DNA of 64,000 nt. It comes from Planctomycetota bacterium (GTDB lineage Bacteria; Planctomycetota; B15-G4; SIAN01). The stretch covers positions 96,001-160,000 of the forward strand of contig JANNXA010000033.1 of assembly GCA_031409275.1 (NCBI GenBank). The letters run 5' to 3'. Positions 57,900-64,000 of the stretch are shown here, in pieces (position 1 is the stretch's first letter; the number at the start of each line of letters is the position of its first letter). Below the pieces are notes generated by a model that did no database searches, was not told where the DNA came from, and saw only the letters and a program-made list of their open reading frames with translations. The position numbers were made by a program, and so were the translations under genes.

Positions 57900-59254
57900 G
57901 CGAGCGCCGAGAGGTGTCCGGTCGAGTCCCCGAAGCTCGACGCGCGTGCCCCGGTGCGATCGTGCAAGGCAAGGAAGAGGTTGCACAGCGGCGTGGCCGG
58001 CGCGACGCGGACGTGGCGACCGCTCTTCACCGTGCCGTTGCCGCCGCCGGCCAGCAGGATCGGCAGCTCATCGTGGTTGTGGGCGTTGCCATCGGAGATG
58101 CCCGCGCCGTAGAGCACGAGCGAGTGGTCGAGCAACGTGCCGTCGCCCTCGTTCATGGTGGCGAGCTTTCCGAGGAAGTAGGCGAGCTGCTCGACGTGGA
58201 AGCGGTCGATCTTCTCGACGCGCTCGATCCGGATCGGGTCGTCGCGGTGGTGCGACGTCTCGTGGTGGCCATCGGGCGCGCCGATCTGCGGATAGCTGCG
58301 GTTGTCGCCGTCGTTGGCGAACATGTGCGTCGCCACCCGGGTGAGGTCGGCCTGGAACGCCAACGCCAGCAGGTCACACAGCAGCCGAGCATGCTCGCCA
58401 TGGTCGGCGGGCATTGCGGCGGGCAGGTCGATCACCGGTACCGGCCGGGTCGCCGCGTCGGCCTCCGCCTTGGCGAGGCGCTGCTCGATCTCGCGCACCG
58501 CCGTCAGGTACTCGTCGAGCTTCCGGCGATCGGTCGTGCCGAGCTGCACGGACAGGCGCGTCGCATCGTCGCGGGCGTAGTCGAGCAGGCTCTGCTTGCG
58601 GGCGAGGCGGCGCGCGCGCTGCTGCGGCGTCAGGCCGTCCGTCGCGCCGAAGAGGCGCTCGAAGAGGGCGCGCGGGTCGGTCTCCTTCAATTGCGGGGTC
58701 GTCGGCGAGCGCCACGAGATGTTGCACGAGTAGGCGCACGAATAGCCCGAGTCGCAATTGCCCGACGTCAGCGGCGGCGTGCAACCGACCTCGAGCGAGC
58801 GAAAGCGCGTCTCGTGGCCGATCCGTTCGGCCAGCACCTGGTCGATCGAGATGCCGTTGTGGATCTCGGCCCCCTCGGTCTTCTTCGGGTGGGCCCCCGT
58901 GAGGAAGCAGGCGGCGGAACGGGCATGGTCGCCTGGCCCGTCGCCGAGCGCCTCGGCGTTCTTCTGCGCCAGTCCGCTCAGCACCAGTAGCCGGTCGCGC
59001 ACACCCGCCAGTGGCTGGAGCGTCGGCGACAGCTCGAAGCTCGCCCCCTCGGTGGTGGGCGTCCACGAGTTCATCCACTTGCCGTTGGGCGCGAAGAGGA
59101 AGGCGAATCGCAGCGGTGCCGCGGAGGCGGCGACTCCGCGCGCCAAAGCGGCGCGAGGCAGCATCGCTTCGAGCCACGGCAGCGCCAACGCGACGCCGGC
59201 GCCGCGCAGGAAGGTCCGGCGGGAGAGCGGCGTTCGAGTCAGGAAGTGGGCCAT
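57896..59254 (-). CDS. DUF1552 family protein (Tat substrate)
   Basis: SRRTFLRGAGVALALPWLEAM, SIDQ, CDSGYSCAYS.NISW, TLLDHS, DGNAHNH. Confidence 0.92.
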   Translation of the reverse strand: MAHFLTRTPLSRRTFLRGAGVALALPWLEAMLPRAALARGVAASAAPLRFAFLFAPNGKWMNSWTPTTEGASFELSPTLQPLAGVRDRLLVLSGLAQKNAEALGDGPGDHARSAACFLTGAHPKKTEGAEIHNGISIDQVLAERIGHETRFRSLEVGCTPPLTSGNCDSGYSCAYSCNISWRSPTTPQLKETDPRALFERLFGATDGLTPQQRARRLARKQSLLDYARDDATRLSVQLGTTDRRKLDEYLTAVREIEQRLAKAEADAATRPVPVIDLPAAMPADHGEHARLLCDLLALAFQADLTRVATHMFANDGDNRSYPQIGAPDGHHETSHHRDDPIRIERVEKIDRFHVEQLAYFLGKLATMNEGDGTLLDHSLVLYGAGISDGNAHNHDELPILLAGGGNGTVKSGRHVRVAPATPLCNLFLALHDRTGARASSFGDSTGHLSALA

Positions 59255-59261
59255 GGCGCGA

Positions 59262-61577
59262 TCATCGTCCTTCCGGCGCTGATGCGCGAGGGGCCTCGCC
59301 GCGCCGGCGCAGGAAGGCGTCGAGCGCGAGGAGGTCGACCACCAGCTTCTCCAGGCTCGGGCTCTTGCCGCGGTATCCGGTCACCAGAGCGTGAACGGCG
59401 CGCCGATCGTCGTCGAGGAGGCCGCGGCCAAGCGCGAAGGTCAGGAGCTGCTCGGCGAAGCAGCGCGTGAAGCTGTCGCCTTCCAACACCACCCGCTTCA
59501 GGTCGGACGCGCCATGCAGCACGGCGCCGTCGGGGAGCGTGCCGCCATCGTCGATGACGTGCGGACCGTCGCGATCGCGCCAGCCGCCCGTCGGACCGAA
59601 GTGCTCGAGCGTGAAGCCCAGCGCGTCCATCTTCACGTGGCAGCCGGCGCAGTCGGCCTTCGAGCGATGCTGCGCCAGCCGCTCGCGCAACGTCGCGGTC
59701 GCAGCGGCTTGCGCGGTGTCATCGAGCGCGCCCACGCCGGGCGGCGGCGGTGGCGGCGGCGTGCCGAGCAGCCGCTCCAGCACGAACTTGCCGCGCTTCA
59801 CCGGCGACGTGCGCGTCGGGTTGCTGGTCAGCGTCAACAGGCTCGCGTGGCCCAGCAATCCACCGCGACTGCGATCGGTCACGCGGACGCGCTGCATCGC
59901 GCTGCCGACGATGCCGGCGATGCCGTAGTGCAGGGCGAGCCGTTCATTGACGAAGGTGAAGTCGGCGTCGACCAGTTCGCGCAGCGGGCGCCCCTCGCGG
60001 AAGACCGCCTCGACGAAGAGTTCCGTCTCGAGGCGCATCGCGTCGCGCAACGCCTCGTCGAAGTCGGGGAACGCCTGCGGGTCGGGCGCGACGGCGGCGA
60101 GGCTTCGCAGCTGCAGCCACTGCGCCGCGAACTGGCTGATCAGGCTGTGGGCGCGCGGGTCGCGCAGCATGCGCCGCGCTTCGTCGGCCAGCACGTCGCG
60201 CTCGCGCAGGAGTCCCTGCTCGGCCAGCGTCGTCAGGCGTTCGTCGGGCAGGCTGCTCCACAGGAAGTAGGAGAGGCGCGAGGCGAGCTCGTGCGCGGAG
60301 AGCGGCCGCTGCGCGCTCGGATCGTCGGGCAGCGCGTCGATCTCGCTGCGGTAGAGGAAGTTCGGCGACACCAGGATCAGCGAGAGGCCGAGGCGCGTCG
60401 CCTCGACCAGCGTGTCGCCCGCCGCCAGCGCGGCGTCGACGGGAGCCAGCAGGCGCGCGAGCTCGAGCTCGCTGACCGGTCGCCGCCATGCGCGCGTCGC
60501 GATCCGCTTCAGCGTCGCGGGAAGGCAGGCGCGCGTATGGGCGTGGTCGGCTCCACATGCGTAGAAACGCCGTTCCGATGCGGTGGGTGGCATCGGATCG
60601 AGCGGCCCCTCGACCTCGATCCAGTCGACCAGCAGGTTGCGATCGCGTTGGCCAGGGTCCGTCGCGTCGGCCTGGTAGTAGTCGTTCACGAAGGCGAGGT
60701 CGAGGCGTTGGCGACCCGCTTCGATGCGGCCGCGCCACTCGTGCGTTTCCGCCGTCGGCCGCTCGCAAGCCACCTCGCCGCGCAGCAGTTCCGGGGTGCC
60801 GCCACGCTCGGACGCCACGGCCTTCATGGTGAGCACGAATCGGCACGGGTCGGGCCCCGCCTGGTCGCCAGACATGCGCGCCCGCACGAGGTACTCGCCG
60901 GCACGGGGCACTTCGAACTCGGCCAGGATGCTGCCTTGCGCGAAGAGGACGCCGAAGTCGTCGCCGTAGTTCTCGTGCAGCGTGGTCGGCAGCGCCTCGC
61001 CCTCGAAGCGGCGCATCGCCGACGCGCGCAGTTCGGCGCCGGGCAGCGCCGCCGCGGCGATCTCCTCGGCCAGCGCGGCGTACTTCTCGAGCAGTAGCGG
61101 CGACAGCGACAGCACGTCGCCGATGGTGTCGAAGCCGTAGCCGACCTCGTCGGGCGGCAGCTTCTCGGCGAGCGGCAGCGGCAGGTCGAGCAGATCGCGC
61201 ACGCTGAAGGCGTATTCGAATCGCGACAGCCGCCGCAACGTCACGCGCCCCGGGTCGAGCGGCCAGCTCCCCGGCCCCGTACCCAGGCGCACCGCGAGCC
61301 AGCGTTGCGCCCTCTCCACCAGCCTGGCGTCGGCCGCCGGGGCGTCGGGCGGCGGCATCTCGCCGCACTCGAGCTTGTCGCGCACGCGCCGCCACGTGCC
61401 CGACGACGCGCGCGCTTGCGCTTCGTCGGTGATGCCATCGAGCGCGAGCGACGCGGCCGGCTCCGCGCCCGCATGGCAGTCGAGGCAGCTGTCGCGCAGC
61501 AACGGCAGCACGTCGCGCGCGAAGTCGGGCTCCTGCGCGAGCGCCGTGGCGAGCAGAGAAGGGAGCAACGATCGCAT
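59262..61577 (-). CDS. DUF1592/1588/1587/1585/1595 protein with planctomycete cytochrome c domain
   Basis: CLDCH, MPP, LRRLSRFEY, GYGFDT, LVSPNFLYR, ELASRLSYFLWSSLPD, RTSPVKRG, CAGCHVKMD. Confidence 0.92.
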   Translation of the reverse strand: MRSLLPSLLATALAQEPDFARDVLPLLRDSCLDCHAGAEPAASLALDGITDEAQARASSGTWRRVRDKLECGEMPPPDAPAADARLVERAQRWLAVRLGTGPGSWPLDPGRVTLRRLSRFEYAFSVRDLLDLPLPLAEKLPPDEVGYGFDTIGDVLSLSPLLLEKYAALAEEIAAAALPGAELRASAMRRFEGEALPTTLHENYGDDFGVLFAQGSILAEFEVPRAGEYLVRARMSGDQAGPDPCRFVLTMKAVASERGGTPELLRGEVACERPTAETHEWRGRIEAGRQRLDLAFVNDYYQADATDPGQRDRNLLVDWIEVEGPLDPMPPTASERRFYACGADHAHTRACLPATLKRIATRAWRRPVSELELARLLAPVDAALAAGDTLVEATRLGLSLILVSPNFLYRSEIDALPDDPSAQRPLSAHELASRLSYFLWSSLPDERLTTLAEQGLLRERDVLADEARRMLRDPRAHSLISQFAAQWLQLRSLAAVAPDPQAFPDFDEALRDAMRLETELFVEAVFREGRPLRELVDADFTFVNERLALHYGIAGIVGSAMQRVRVTDRSRGGLLGHASLLTLTSNPTRTSPVKRGKFVLERLLGTPPPPPPPGVGALDDTAQAAATATLRERLAQHRSKADCAGCHVKMDALGFTLEHFGPTGGWRDRDGPHVIDDGGTLPDGAVLHGASDLKRVVLEGDSFTRCFAEQLLTFALGRGLLDDDRRAVHALVTGYRGKSPSLEKLVVDLLALDAFLRRRGEAPRASAPEGR

Positions 61578-61673
61578 CACGTGCCGTCCTGCGCGCGCCG
61601 CCGCGAGCCCGTTTGATTCATGATCCCCGTCGACGCGCAAGGTTCCGCCGGCGGCGGATCGTAGCCGCCGCTC

Positions 61674-62950
<1,277 letters not shown>

Positions 62951-62954
<4 letters not shown>

Positions 62955-63328
62955 GGCTTCGCGCGGCGCCGCCGACCGCCCATCTCCTCGATCGCGCGCA
63001 CGTCGATGCGCTGGCCGTGGGCGAGGTGCGGGTGGCCGGCGAGCAGTTCGAGGCAGTGGTCGTAGCCGTCGGCCTCGACGACGTAGAAGCCGCCGATCAC
63101 TTCATGCGACTCGGCGAACGGCCCGTCGGTGACCTTCACCTTGCCGCGCACCTTCTGCATGCGCTTGCCGCCTTCGTCCACGAGCTTGTGGCCCGCCTTG
63201 ATGCGCTTGGTGGCATGCATCTGCATGCTCCACGCGACGTACTGCTTGATCACTTCCTGCATCTGCGCCGGCGTCATCTTCGCCCAGTAGGACGGGTCGT
63301 CGGTCAGCAGCACCATGAACTTTGCCAA
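62951..63328 (-). CDS. YciI/YCII-related (DGPF) protein
   Basis: VTDGPFAESHEVIGGFY. Overlaps the start of the sigma factor. Start is TTG 63328 or ATG 63316. Confidence 0.9.
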
Positions 63329-63475
63329 GGTCGCTCTCCCAGGGATGGTGGGGCGCTGCGGTCGCGCCGTTGCCCCTCCTGACGATCGAAGCGTGCGAGG
63401 ATCGACACGATTCTCGATTTCGATGCCGGCCCGATCGAGCGGCAGTGGCGCGTGGTGTGGGTTCGCGCGGCGCCG

Positions 63476-64000
63476 TCAGTCCCAATCGAGCAGACTGATG
63501 CCGAAAGCGATCGACTGCTGGCGGTGGTCGTAGTCGATCAACGTCTCGCCGAAGCCGCTGAAGAGCCGGCAGAACACGGCGACCCGATCGTTGAAGATCG
63601 GGTAGGCGATCGAGAGCTGCACTGCGCCGTGGTTCTCGGAGGAGTCGAGGTTGTTGCGCAGCAGGAACGAGGCGAGGAGCCGCTCCTTGAAGCCCCATCG
63701 GAATGTGTGGGCGAGCTCGAGGTCGCCCGACCCCATGAACTGCTCGAGATCGGAGTTGTCGTCATTGACGGAGCTTTCGGGGATGCGCCACCAGGGTCGC
63801 AACATCAGCGTCGTGTCTTCGCCGAGGGTGGCGCCGAGCTGGCCGATCACGCGATTCCAGCTGCGCGACTCCGGCCCGCTGCGCCCGTTCGATTGGTGGT
63901 TCACGCCCACCCCGACCAGCTCGAGCTTCAGCGCCCCCCAATCGCACCATTGGCCCACGGGCTGGATGAGGAAGGACTCGGGCTCGTAGTTCGTCTCGCG
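63476..64000 (-). CDS. pldA: Outer-membrane phospholipase A1 (OMPLA), 5'-truncated by window edge
   Basis: RETNYEPE at the window edge, catalytic HQSNG..GPESRSWNR, GFGETLIDY. Confidence 0.92.
   Translation of the reverse strand, partial: RETNYEPESFLIQPVGQWCDWGALKLELVGVGVNHQSNGRSGPESRSWNRVIGQLGATLGEDTTLMLRPWWRIPESSVNDDNSDLEQFMGSGDLELAHTFRWGFKERLLASFLLRNNLDSSENHGAVQLSIAYPIFNDRVAVFCRLFSGFGETLIDYDHRQQSIAFGISLLDWD

Noticed and set aside
54300..58112. 1270-aa ORF on the + strand
   Set aside because: It is the antisense shadow of the motif-bearing minus-strand genes. Long stop-free antisense frames are expected at this GC content.

Overview
This 64 kb high-GC bacterial window has gene content typical of Planctomycetota/PVC bacteria (inference): a DUF1592-DUF1552 pair, a PVC-type heme-binding dehydrogenase and many FG-GAP/VCBS proteins. 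About 44 genes can be supported, with no rRNA, tRNA, CRISPR array or transposase recognised. The window opens with the 3' part of an alternative complex III-like operon (actC-D-E-F), followed by an outer-membrane porin and a NarK nitrate/nitrite transporter. It continues with secreted beta-propeller proteins, a P450, hydrolases, an OPT transporter, a System II cytochrome c maturation operon, an ECF42-type sigma factor with a YCII gene, and a partial phospholipase A1. The most striking feature is a five-gene operon on the minus strand (37073-44333). It encodes a di-heme-b-like membrane protein, a 23-heme and a 16-heme c-type cytochrome, an outer-membrane beta-barrel, and a membrane-anchored Fe-S flavoprotein whose TrxB-like fold appears circularly permuted. 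Together these look like a complete NAD(P)H-to-cell-surface electron conduit. Other signals are a ~95-aa C-terminal domain shared by two FG-GAP proteins, two palindromic REP/MITE-like elements, a structured leader before a methyltransferase, an AT-rich operator-like palindrome and apparent leaderless genes. All calls come from reading motifs by eye; no database searches were run.
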